DNA of 58,074 nt, filler included, from Sphacelaria rigidula (Eukaryota), in assembly GCA_964200075.2 (NCBI GenBank). It is 7 parts of 7 records of this genome, joined end to end, with 100 filler letters (N's around TTAATTAATTAA, not from the genome) between each part and the next. Parts side by side here need not be neighbours in the genome. Positions count along the whole stretch, not along the records: positions 33,245 to 41,454 come from CAXNAA020011908.1; positions 41,555 to 49,764 come from CAXNAA020011909.1; 5 more parts are not named here. One strand, 5' to 3'. Shown in pieces: positions 37,679-48,770 of the stretch; the stretch's first letter is position 1, and each line of letters begins with the position of its first letter. The notes beneath the pieces are model-generated. The model was given only the letters and a program-made list of their open reading frames with translations, had not been told where the DNA came from and searched no databases. The translations under genes were made by a program, and so were the position numbers.

Positions 37679-37840
37679 CTGCTTGATGGTGCTGTTCTCG
37701 TCAATGGCAAAGTTGTAGTCGCACAGCTTGGCCCGCCAGGCACTGTCTATCAGCACGTTTGGGGTCTTGATATCCCTGTGGATGATGCCGTGCTCGTGCA
37801 GGCAATTTAGCCCGGCCGCCATATCGCCCGCGATTCGCAC
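37679..37840 (-). CDS. Protein kinase exon 3 (subdomains VIa-VII), TKL/LIMK-TESK-like
   Basis: VRIAGDMAAGLNCLHEHGIIHRDIKTPNVLIDSAWRAKLCDYNFA. 162 nt, AG/GT flanks. Confidence 0.93.
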
Positions 37841-37898
37841 CTTCGTAATGGCAGACGGTAGCGGTCTGGTCAAAATGAGAAGAGAGTAATCCTACGAT

Positions 37899-37930
<32 letters not shown>

Positions 37931-38946
37931 GCGCGCGTGTGTGCGTGTGTTTCGAGTCACTTGTAGCGAGAAGGGGCCACTTTTGAAGCGTTCATGCAGG
38001 TCGGCAAATTTGACTCGAGTTCTCTGGGCACTACAATTACACTCTTTGAGATACATAGCTTTCGACAATATATATATATCTCCACCAACATGCGAGCAAG
38101 CTCATCATGAGTGTGTGCGACGTTGTGTAACAGCACACACTCGTGAGCTTTTGTCCTTTCAAACACCCCCATCTTGTATATCTTCTATCGCACGATCCCT
38201 GAACAAGAACAAAAAAAATGCCACAAACGATCACGTGCACAATTGCATGCATGCATGCCTAAATAGATGAAAACAAGCCTCATGCAAGTTGAAACTTAAA
38301 CAAGAGTTATCACAAGGCATTGGCTTTGTTTGAGCACAATCAGAGGTTTGTTTAAAACTCCGCCTGCAACCTCATGGGAAAGCAGTGCACTTCTTCACCA
38401 CATGAAAAAAATTCAGCGCTGATGTTTGAGGATCCCCGTCTCCCTCTCTATATTTACTTGTTGGAACAGTTGTGTCGACGTGGTGGATCACCGACATAAA
38501 CCATGACTCCGCGATTCTGCGGGGGTACGAGTCGACAAGCGAAGTCGCAATACACAACACCTTGTAGTGGAGCTTTACACTCCTCGTAACGCGGCCTAGA
38601 CAAAATCATTCTCCAACGGCCACCTGGCAATCCTACTTCCAACTCTATCCAATGTCCAAAAATAATGCGAGGCATTTAACCTTCTTGTTCTTCGTGGACA
38701 GCCAGGAAGACTGCCACTGGCACTAAAGGAGTGCCGTACTACATGACCGTACGCAATTGATTAATGCAACACGATATGTACTCCTGAGCTGCATCATCTT
38801 GCGGTGTCGACCACTATCTGCGACTGGCAGACAATCTTTTCCAAGCAAACGTCAAATGTTGCCGAATTCTCACCAGACTTCGATCCAATATCACAGCTTC
38901 GCGGTATTTGATCCAAATGATGAGGTTACTCTCGACTGCGGTATAC

Positions 38947-39135
38947 CTTTAACGGCCAGGCGATGTCCAGCTTGAGCGTTTCTCGCAACGCGCCGTTGCT
39001 ACACAACTCCATCGCCAACATCACTGTGTCAACCCCCCGCTCCATGGCAATGGCCGTGCCGATGAATCCCACGAGGTGAGGGTGCTGGTGATGTCGAAGC
39101 ATCGCAAGCTCACCCAAAAGATTCGCCTGTTCCTC
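38947..39135 (-). CDS. Protein kinase exon 2 (subdomains III-V)
   Basis: EEQANLLGELAMLRHHQHPHLVGFIG...MLAMELCSNGALRETLKLDIAWPLK. 189 nt, CAG/GT flanks. Confidence 0.92.
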
Positions 39136-39435
39136 CTGCACAGGCCGCCCCAACCGCCCAACGGGAAGAGCAACGACCCCATCAACGACACTGGTTATTG
39201 GAGTTATCACATCCATCACGTGCTCGGCCACGTCATATTACCCTCAACTATTCCATCCAAGGGGCCCTATTTAGATCAGAGACAGTATTCGGTGTATTGC
39301 TGTGTTGAAATTTCGCACGTTAACTGATTTCCAAGGAACCTGCGTTCAGGCGCGGTCATTATCCATAAGATACATGTACCCGAGGTGAACAAAACGAGGA
39401 AATGCTCACCAGGAAACAGAAAAGTGGAAGTATTG

Positions 39436-39647
39436 CACGGTTAGGACGAATCATCACGGGTTCGAATCACCAAATCCACGATTTCCCAAAAGGGAGAAAA
39501 AATAAATGACCGCTGATCCAAGGGGTATCTGAGCTGCGTGTACCTGGGTTGCAACGCTGAAAAAAAAGCTTAGGGATTGATTCGTACGATTCGAAAACAC
39601 TAAAACCAAGTAATTTCCAGGCGAATCATTGATTTGTCCGACCCTCA
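39436..39647. mobile_element. hAT-like MITE (212 bp) in kinase intron
   Basis: Ends CACGGTTAGGACGAATCA / TGATTTGTCCGACCC, flanked by the 8-bp direct repeat AAGTATTG (39428-39435, 39648-39655). Related copies at ~49965-50030 and ~57520-57730. Confidence 0.8.
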
Positions 39648-40982
39648 AAGTATTGTCACACACCCTATATCCATCGCGTGCTGCTCATGGCTATTGGGCT
39701 TCCAAAAATACCCAAGCCGAGACCAACGGAGGCGTCATATGTTGTTTGTTCATCAACATCAAAATGGTCGTGCTTCATCAACCCTCGCCGTGGAAATCGA
39801 CTGTAGCTCAAACCCCGGCCCGTTGTCTGTTCATATTGTACACAATTGATCGACCTGCCACAGTTGAACTCCTTTATCCCACGGTTGGTCGGCACTCCAA
39901 TACAAGTTGAAAACTACTGGATTATAGCGCGAACCGTCATGTTGAGATCTTCAAGCGTATGGCAGTTCCGAGGGCTTGCCCTGGGTGCTAAGCAGCCATC
40001 TCGGCCTTTGGAGCAGATTTGATCTCTGCCGGTGCACACTTTGCCTAGGGCACAGCATGCATCACCCCTCCCGAGAGTTCTCGGCCTGCCCTGCGTTGGG
40101 GGTGATCTTGGGGGTTTGAAAAAAGCAACGTTCGATCGACTTTGGTGCGAACCCTTCCTATCAATCACATCCGTGCTTTTCATGTAAAAGGGGGGGGTAT
40201 ATTCCTAGGCTGGTTGAGGAGGGCAAGGCGGGGCCGCAAAGAGCAACACATCACCCCAGCATGCAATTATATAGATATACATGGGCCATGACAGCGTAGA
40301 GCGCCTTCAAGACACACGGCACGGTCAGACACTACGACTAAGAACTGGAGAGATGAGGTAAAACAGAGGCAGTCGGTAGCGCGACTGTGATTTGACAGGA
40401 GAATCTGGAGCCTTCAGCCACACAAGAGGTGGTTCTATGTGAACCTCAACCTTGTCGTGAAACTCTCAACTTGGTCATCATCCGATCATGCTGTTAAACG
40501 TGAGCAGTAGGCCAGCGCCTTGCAAATGCACGACAGCGGCACTATCTTCGCAATGCCAAGTTGTGGTTGGCGGAGAATAACTCATCACAGGTACAGCGGA
40601 GAAGAGGCCTCGGCACTACAAAAGTACGTTTCAAACATCTCAACCACAAATACAACGACAAACGAACACAACCTCGAGAAAATTCTGCGCGCATTCATAT
40701 ACTGCAACACCGTATCATTCGTGTTTGCAATAAAACCACAGACACAAACGCGACAAAGTCTTCCCTCCCTGCCCGTGAGAACTACAAAACTATGCATACG
40801 TGCGCATACGCCGAGGCACCACGGGTCAGGGCGTCGACCACTTCCAGCAATACAGTCATCATACCGCCATGCTTTAAACGCAAATTTTTCGGTGATACGT
40901 ACAGAGCACACTCCACCCAAGGACATCGACGTAACATTTTCAATCGAAAACGATCACGGCCCCTGATCAACTATCCACCCAC

Positions 40983-41329
40983 CTCATCTAAAGGTACTTG
41001 TTGAATTTTCACGGCCACCCTAGCCCGCTCCACATTCTTCCCCGCCCCGTCCACCACCCCGTCCCCAGCACCCACTTCCGCCTCGACCGTGGCTCCACCC
41101 TCCTTGCCTCCCGCCTCACCAGCGGTCGCACCGTCCACACCACTCGTCTCACCCACACCGCCCTCCACTGCCGCCCCCGTTGTCGCCGTCATGGGTTGTC
41201 CTCCTTCTGGTGGAGGTGCTGTGCTACCCGCTACGTCTCCGCCTTCTCCGCTCTTCTTAGCCGTGGTGTTGGTTACCGCATCAGGGTCTTCGTTTTCTCC
41301 GTCGGACACTGTTACCTTTGATATTGGGC
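40983..41329 (-). CDS. Protein kinase exon 1 visible (end of Gly-loop, low-complexity insert, VAVK)
   Basis: (G)PISKVTV...~100 aa Gly/Glu/Ala-rich...RARVAVKIQQVPLDE, then GAG|GTGGGT donor in phase with exon 2. The acceptor after a CT-rich tract at 41331-41330 is tentative. Confidence 0.75.
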
Positions 41330-41454
41330 CTTTCCAGTGCGGAGAGAGAGAGGGGAGGGGGGGGGGGGGGGGGGGGTTCTCACATACAGGCACTGCAGTA
41401 GAAAGCAGTTCTACAGACCCCCTACGGGGGGATCCACACATGGTTGCTCACGTT

Positions 41455-41554
41455 NNNNNNNNNNNNNNNNNNNNNNNNNNNNNNNNNNNNNNNNNNNNTT
41501 AATTAATTAANNNNNNNNNNNNNNNNNNNNNNNNNNNNNNNNNNNNNNNNNNNN
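41455..41554. other. Artificial contig linker
   Basis: N44-TTAATTAATTAA-N44. Confidence 0.99.
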
Positions 41555-41926
41555 GGGGGAGCCTTGTCGAGCTGATTTTCGTTGCACGTTTTTTCCCTCC
41601 TTTGCAGGACCAATTGGATACCCCCCTGTGTCCAAGCGTATGCTATCTCACATCTCGTCCTCCTTTTCCAACCCCTTAACCCCCCCCAGAGAACGCACTA
41701 AGGCTCTCGCAGTAACCGCGTCATAATTGTTCCTCGCGTTGACATGCCGAACTCGAAACGATTCACACACGAACAAGAATACGAAGACAGAGTGGTACCA
41801 TGTTACACCTTATTGTCATTCCTCCATTTTTTCCCCCACTTGGTGGACCAAACCTAGAACCAGCACACTCATCCGTCGTCATTCGTTCATCGTTCACTTG
41901 ATCTTTCATTGCAACCGATGGCGCAG

Positions 41927-43341
41927 CGACTCCGGCGGGGGTCTGTGGGTGGGAAAGCACCAACAGCGGTTCGGCCGCAGGCGGGCGGAGCGCGCTTGTG
42001 AAAGCTGGGACCCGGTATTGCTGGAAAGGGGTCCGGAGGCCAGGGTTTGTGGAGGGGGGCGGCAGCACATCGCAAGCTAGTGGTTGTCATCTTGTCGGCG
42101 TGGAACGGGTAGATCGTGCTCGCGGCGCGGACAAAGTCGGAGCACAGACGAACGGGTGTCCTGTGTCTGTAGGAGCGGGAAGCGACAGCGCTGAGGGCGT
42201 GGTCCCCGGTGTCGACGGTAGCGGTGCTGCCATTCCTAGCACCGATATGTCCTGCAAGAAGTCATCTTCCCTCGGATCCAGCGATAGCCTAGAATCTTCG
42301 CGGAGCGACGCTGCTGCGATCTGCAAAACAAACGATACTCCGGGGTGTGTGACGGTTAGGTCCGACTCTCGTGAGAACAACCCTCACGAAGCCCGAACAA
42401 TCGCGGGCAGCAAAGACTCCGTCGTTGTCACTCCAGCGGTCGCCAGTAGTAGTATTGTCAGGCCCCAAGCCGGGGAGGCTAGCGCTGCCGCTTCGGGCGG
42501 CTCGTCGACGAAATCGGATCCGGCGGTAGGCTCCAACATACCTGCTGTGAAAGGCGGTGGTGGTGGTCCAAGTCGCCGAGCTTGCAGAGAATCCACGGTG
42601 GCGGCGCGATTGGCGGCGCGTGTACCTTACGTGTCGCCCCGCGCCGCTGCCGCCGCTGCCGCTGCGAAGCGGCGCTGCATAACGACAGGTGGAGCTATCG
42701 ATCTAGTAGGGACAGTCGAAAATGTGACCAAATCTACGGAGGAAGGAGCGGCGGCGGGCGAGGCAAACAGCACGGCACCGGAACCCGCACCGGCAGGGCG
42801 AGCGTCGGGAGGAACGCCGGCGGGCCGAAAAAGTGAAGACGGGGCTGGGAAGGCGACCCGAGATCCGGAAGGTGGGGCGGGAAGGTTGAAAAGTCCGCAG
42901 GCGAGCGGTGAAAGTAACATGGCAAGATCAACGACCGTTCCGAAGGACCAACATGAACGAGCGGAAAGCGGCGGCGGCGGCAGCGATAGTGGTGATATTG
43001 CCGCTGGAGACAATCCCGGTGTGACCCCCGCGTCGAAAGGTGCCGTGCGCCCGTTTTTCGGGTCGACAAAGCCGCCGGTCGGGGATAGGACCAACGGCGG
43101 TAGTCAGCAACGCTCGCCTGCCGCGCGGCTCGCAGCTTGCTCTCTGCGGCGCCCGAAGGAAGGAAAGGAGACTATGGATGAGGTGTCGTTCAGGTTGGCG
43201 ACTCTTCAGGAGGCGCTGGGTTTGTTGGAAGAAGTTGCAATCCGTCCTGCGCTTGGGCGGGTAGCGGATGCTGTGCAGATTGGCGTGGACGGGAGAGCCG
43301 AAGACCGCGCAAAAAACGTTGCCGCCATTCGAATCGAGAGG
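41927..43341 (+). CDS. EsV-1-7 repeat-containing protein, exon A (low complexity; 5' boundary tentative)
   Basis: GC-rich ~1.4-kb open frame ending AAIRIER at AGG|GTGAGT. Putative GCGCAG acceptor at 41925-41926. Confidence 0.75.
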
Positions 43342-43805
43342 GTGAGTGTTTTATTTTTTTTGCTTTTCTGATAGGTCTACTTGGATTTTTTCGCCATAGC
43401 CAAGAGTGGGCAAGGGGTGAGTCCTGTTGTGATATTCACCGCAATTGTGGCACTTTCCTTGTCAAATATACGAATGGTGAAAAGGACGGGTTTTCAATGT
43501 AGCATTATTGGTGAGGAAACGGTTCGACAAGTGTTTCGTTGCCTGTCCCGTGTCTGATTGCGTTTGCTCTGCGCCCCCAGTGGAACATGAATCGATTTTT
43601 TAACAGCCACGACAGAGGTTGGGGGGGAAGGGGCACTGAAGAAGAAATAAGAGTCGAGCGTGTGAATAATCGAGAAGTTTCCCGTCGTTTCCTTGTCAGT
43701 CCCGAGATCCCGCTCCATAGTTTTCCAGTGTGTAACTCACACCTCCGCCCCCGCCCCCGCCCCCGCCCTTTTCTATTGGTACACATTCCGCCTTCCCCAT
43801 GTCAG

Positions 43806-44726
43806 GCTTGGCGAGCTGTCTCTCACGTAAAGTCTCGCGGAAGAACTAAGAGACGAGCCCGCACGGAATCTTTCTGCTCCTTATCCTCGTCCTACTCAGC
43901 CACAGACATCCCTGCTCAACCGGCCCGCAAAAGCGGCGGCATTGGCGACGGGGACTCCCCGGCGACCGTCCGCAACAAGAAACGCCGGCTCCTGGAACAG
44001 CGCCGTAGGATACCGCCCGAACAAGAGAAACGGGGGAAGCCGTCCACGACGGAGTCATCGGTTTCGCTTTCTTCCTCCTCTACTGGCGCAGGTGCACTGC
44101 TCCCGCCGTCGGGGCTATCGTGTGATTCAAAAGAGCGGGGATCGACGACGGCTGCGACAGCGTCGCCCTCGATGTCGAGAGCAAGAAACCGCACGACGCC
44201 GCCCTCGCCGCTCGAGACGGCGGGGCGAGCGGATGCGAGCGTTGGCCATGAACGCAAGCGCCCCGCTTCGAAACATGACGCGGCGGCGGCCCTGCCGGGT
44301 TCGTCGTCAAAGCGCAGTAAGCGATCCGGCCGTGCAGAGTCCGGCGTCCTTCCCCGAGGGCCGCCTTTAAGGGGCTTCTCCAAGGGTGTGTTGGCGTTAG
44401 ACAAGGCACCGGGTGCGGACGGCGGAGGGAGCGATTCGAGCGCTGGCCATGACGAGCGCAACCCGGCGAGGCGAGCAGGCAGCGGCGCCGGCGGCAGTGG
44501 AAGCAGTACTGTCCCGATTAGTTCTGGTGGTGGCAGGAGCGTTAACAAGATGAGCAGAAATGTACACGGCGGTCTCCACTCAGACCGTGGGCGCAATAGA
44601 GCGGATGACGGCAAGCGCCACTCGTGTCGGGAGTTCGATTGCGCGAGGAGGGCACACTTCGGCACGCCGGGGTGGGTTCCGGTGCACTGTGTCGAGCACC
44701 GACGAGATTGGGAGGTGTTCCTGAAG
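43806..44726 (+). CDS. EsV-1-7 repeat-containing protein, exon B (first EsV-1-7 repeat)
   Basis: CAG|GCTTGG acceptor, phase 0. Ends CREFDCARRAHFGTPGWVPVHCVEHRRDWEVFLK at AAG|GCAAGC (GC donor; alternative GT donor at 44715). Confidence 0.8.
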
Positions 44727-45087
44727 GCAAGCTTTCTGTCCGTATATTTTGTGTGTTTGGAATGTCGGCAGTTTTCGCGCGGTGTAACCGAGGGACATGG
44801 GCACGGTATTACATCTGGGGAGAGGGGGGCGTTCGTCAGATGTTGGACATCAACATGTGTCTACCGCTCTCGGCTCACACTAGCGTACCAATGCTGAAAA
44901 TGATTTCATCGCCACAGTTGGTGTTGGCAGGGTCGGAGGGAAAAGACGAAGACGGCCGTCACATCGGCGAAACGTGTGAAAGCTGATGTAACCCCCGTCC
45001 GCCCGTCCATCTATCCCTTCTCGATTTCCATCATTAATGCCACTGTCACAAGTCTCGAGTCCTCTGGTCCTTCCGTGCTCCCATGTC

Positions 45088-45170
45088 TCTCTCTTTCTCT
45101 TTCTCTTTCTCTTTCTCTTTCTCTTTCTCTTTCTCTTTCTCTTTCTCTTTCTCTTTCTCTTTCTCTCTCT
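45088..45170. repeat. (TTTCTC)n microsatellite acting as polypyrimidine tract
   Basis: Hexamer array directly upstream of the GCAG acceptor at 45171-45174. Confidence 0.9.
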
Positions 45171-45174
45171 GCAG

Positions 45175-45369
45175 TACGCCTCGTGTCTGGCGGAGGGCTG
45201 TGTGGAACGACCAGCGTTCGGAATCCCAGGGGACCATTCGAGGGTGTACTGCAGGCGGCATCGCATACCGGGGGCGGTAACACTGGCGTCGGCGGGCTGG
45301 AAAATGCCGGATGGTCCGCGGTACGCTGGTGCTGGAGGGTGGGTCGAGGCTGAGGAAGACGGAATGGGG
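45175..45369 (+). CDS. EsV-1-7 repeat-containing protein, exon C (second EsV-1-7 repeat)
   Basis: YASCLAEGCVERPAFGIPGDHSRVYCRRHRIPGAVTL matches the C-x4-C-x3-(P/A)-x-FG-x2-G-xn-C-x2-H pattern. 195 nt, GGG|GTGAGT donor. Confidence 0.85.
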
Positions 45370-45983
45370 GTGAGTTGATCGATTGTTTGGATTGATTGTC
45401 GCACACGAAGTGATTTCCCCGAGAGGTCCAGTGGTCACAACATTGACGAATCCAAGAAGGCAACACGGAAACACTCTCCAGAGAAACTCGAGAAAAGGAG
45501 GAGACATATGGAGAGAAAACAAATGAAATAGAGCTCGTTTTTGGGTATTTATTGGCTGATCTGATACCGTCGCTGCGGCTGGGCTGGAGGAATGTGATTC
45601 CGGTGCTTCTCCTTCACAAGTTTTCTTCTCTTGTTGCGTGTTCACCAGCATGATCGAATGTCGTCAATTGCTGGTGTATATTTCTCCTGTTGATTTCTCG
45701 CCACGTGCGTGTTTTCAGCCGACAGCGTCTTGTATGCAGGCGCTGCCCTGGAATACCACAGTACATACCATCCGAGAACACCCGAAAGCACTGTCGTCGA
45801 GCTCATGTCTAGCGCAGCATATATATTGTTAACTCCCACGAGTAGTCGCTTGAAAGCTGAATCATACTTCGCAACCGTTCGCTATACCCCCATCTCCCCA
45901 CCCTCTCAACCACTCAGTTCCGGCCCAAAGTTCCTAGATTATTCACTAATCAAATACCGCGCACAATTTGCAATGAAAACCAG

Positions 45984-47392
45984 GTACCTGTGGACTCCGA
46001 CGCAGAGGACGATTCAGAAGAAATGGCGGCATCGGAAGCAGCGGCCACAGCGGCAGAGTCAGCCAGAAAAGCGGCGGCTGAAATCGCGGCTGCCGCTTCC
46101 TCCGAGGCCGCACAGACCGTCGCCGCGCGCTGCGGTTGCGGCGGCAGAGATGAAAGCAACACAAAGCAGGCATCTCCGGCGCGGACGAACGTTACGAAGT
46201 CGACCAGGGTAGGAATTGTTGGAGATTCGAAAGATCAGAGCGGTGTTGTGAGGGACGATCGGTGCGCGGTCGATCATCGTAGCGCGAGGGGTACTGTGAG
46301 TACCCGTGTTGGCGGGGGTAGCCGTGTCGGGGGGGTGCGCAAGGTGGGGCCGAAGAAGGGTGGCAGTGCAAGTGTCAAGAAGGGAAAGGAGAAGGCAGTT
46401 TTGACTGGTGTTAAGCGGGGACGGCACGAGGAGAAGGAGGAGGATAGCTCGGATTCCGATTCCGATTCCGATTCCGATGGGAGCTCGGACGGTTCAGGGT
46501 CTGATGATGATGCTGACTCGGATGCTGGGTCGTCATCGTCATCATCATCGTCATCGCTGTCGTCTTCGTCTGATAGTGACAGTGAAAGCGATAGCGACAG
46601 CGATAGTTCATTGTCGTCGTCGTCTTCTTCATCGTCGTCAGATGATGATTTGTCATCGTCAGATACCGGTTCAACATCGTCATCGTTGGCGTCGTCGTCA
46701 TTGTCCTCGTCCTCGCCATCAATTTCGTCATTGTCATCATCTTCCTCCTCGTGCTCCTCTTCCTCTAACAGCTCTTGCGGAGCGACAACCTCTCCAACCA
46801 CAACAAGTACAAAGCTACCCGAAAAAACAAAGAAAAACAACGTCAACACCAATCTCAACGACGCATCCTTCACCCCGGGACGCTTCGTCTACCTGGTACC
46901 CAGTAAGAAATGCGACCGCCCGATCCTCGTCGGCAAGATCCTACCCCCAACGCCCGCCACGGCTGCCCTCGCAGAAGGCGACGCCCCCTCTCAACCTTCA
47001 CGCCCCGCCCGTCCATCATCACCGGAGACCGTCCCGCCGCCGACAATCCCAGTATCGTCGGCCACGGCCCTCTTGCTAGCTCAAGTGGCCGCGCTAAGCG
47101 GTCACCACGCCACCGGTGCCGGTGGCAGCGCTACCGGCGCTACCGGCGTTGCCGCCGCCTTTGCCGGTACCGGCGGCGTAGAAGCCATAATCGGTGGGCT
47201 CCGAGGCGGGGCAGGGGCAGGCGGGCGGGAAGGGAGTGGCAGTGGTGGTGCGGCCGGAGCAGGGGACAAGAAGTGTGAGGGGGGTAGCGGAAAGGCGGAG
47301 GGGAGCAAAAATCGTGTGAGTGAGGACGCCAAAAAGTGGATATACGTACACTGGCATACTCCTGCTAGTCTTCGGCGTGAGAATTACTGCAG
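45984..47392 (+). CDS. EsV-1-7 repeat-containing protein, exon D (Ser/Asp-rich tract, start of C-terminal globular domain)
   Basis: CAG|GTACCT acceptor, phase 0. Open to TGC AG|GTGGGG. Contains PGRFVYLVP...PILVGKIL and KWIYVHWHTP. Confidence 0.8.
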
Positions 47393-48061
47393 GTGGGGAA
47401 TCTGGTCGAGTTTTGAAGTCTAGGAGGGGGGGGGGGGATGACTAGGGAGAAGATAACATTCGGTGTGTTCAAGATTTTGAGTGTAGAAAGGCGGTGCTCG
47501 AAGGGGATACCGCGTGATACATAGTCGCGAACGACCGTTTGGCGTGGGAATCGTCATTTACTGGTGAACTTGTTGTATCTGTGTTGGGTCATGTACACTT
47601 CTCAGCAACATTTGGTCGCGCTGGTAATGGGCACGAAAATCCTGAATCGCTGGATATACCCGGAACAGGGAATATGGGTGTCGCCATGAAATCCTAAACA
47701 TGAGTGCAAAAGAGAAGAGCGTCGCGAAGTCGTCAACGTGCGCGCAAGGTGACTGCCCTTTCCCCCTGCCCCCCGCTCCCCTTACTTGTGAGCAAATGCT
47801 TGTATGTAGAGAGGCATTGGTTACGAGGACATTTCGAATGTCGTCATGAATTTGTGCTGCTTGGAAAATAACCTAGACCGGCACTTGCTGGTATTTTCAT
47901 GTGTCCTGGTGCTACTTGGTAACCCAGCCGCGCAGTCGATTTTGAGGTCGGCGTCTCGGAAAGAGATTATTATTATTATACGCATGCGTTTACACCTCTT
48001 TTCACTCCGTCCGCGTGTTCTTGTTTCGTGCTTCTCTTGTTTTTATGTCTCTCTCTTTCCG

Positions 48062-48119
<58 letters not shown>

Positions 48120-48141
48120 CGCCTTGGCGTGTTTTTCGCAG

Positions 48142-48304
48142 GGGCTCCTTCACTCCGGACTTCGTGAGGAGGGAGGGCGCCAAATCCAGCGTGTGGGCAC
48201 CGTTCGTTACGAAGATCCGGAGATCTTCCGTCGTCACGACATCTGCCAGTCTCCTCAAGAGCAACCGCATTCCGGCTGAGTGCCTGAAGGAACTCGGGGT
48301 GTGA
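48142..48304 (+). CDS. EsV-1-7 repeat-containing protein, terminal exon E
   Basis: TTTTTCGCAG acceptor, phase 2 matching exon D. Encodes RGSFTPDF...LLKSNRIPAECLKELGV, stop TGA at 48302-48304. Confidence 0.8.
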
Positions 48305-48309
48305 TACTA

Positions 48310-48770
48310 CTTAGCTTTGCGTCGTTTTGGGGGAAATGGGCGGGCGGGCGGGGGGGATTCTCCGGAACAACTTTGACGCATGGTTGCGGCATACTCAGCG
48401 CTCATGGATTCCCAACATCTTTTGAAAAGGAGTGAAAAGGAAATGCGGGAAATTGTGGACTTCAGCACGGGTTGGTTGGCGAGCGCTGGGGTATTGGGTT
48501 AACGGTGTGTTTGTGGTGAATCCATGGCATATGTCACTTAGCCTTGCGTCGTTTTGGGGGGAATGGGTAGGGAGGGGGGGGAGGCGGTCGGGAACAACTT
48601 TGACGTATGGTTGCAGTATACGCAGGAGTCGTCGATTTCAGAGATGGTACTTGAGAATGAACGAGAAGGAAGTGCGGGAAATGGTGAAATGCAGCACAGG
48701 TTGGTCGGCAAGCGCTGGGGTGCTGGGTAAGGATGTACGCGGAGTGTTTGCCGTGAATCGACGTCACGTG
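48310..48770 (+). repeat. Two-unit tandem duplication (~227 bp) directly after the stop codon
   Basis: CTTAGC(T/C)TTGCGTCGTTTTGGGGG at 48310 and 48537, with shared GGAACAACTTTGACG.ATGGTTGC and GGTTGGT.GGC.AGCGCTGGGGT. Confidence 0.8.

Noticed and set aside
42627-46873. Long minus-strand ORFs (42627-43094, 43916-44665, 46274-46873) and ERER/KEKE ORFs at ~45000-45650
   Set aside because: These are antisense shadows of GC-rich exons or translations of the (TTTCTC)n microsatellite.
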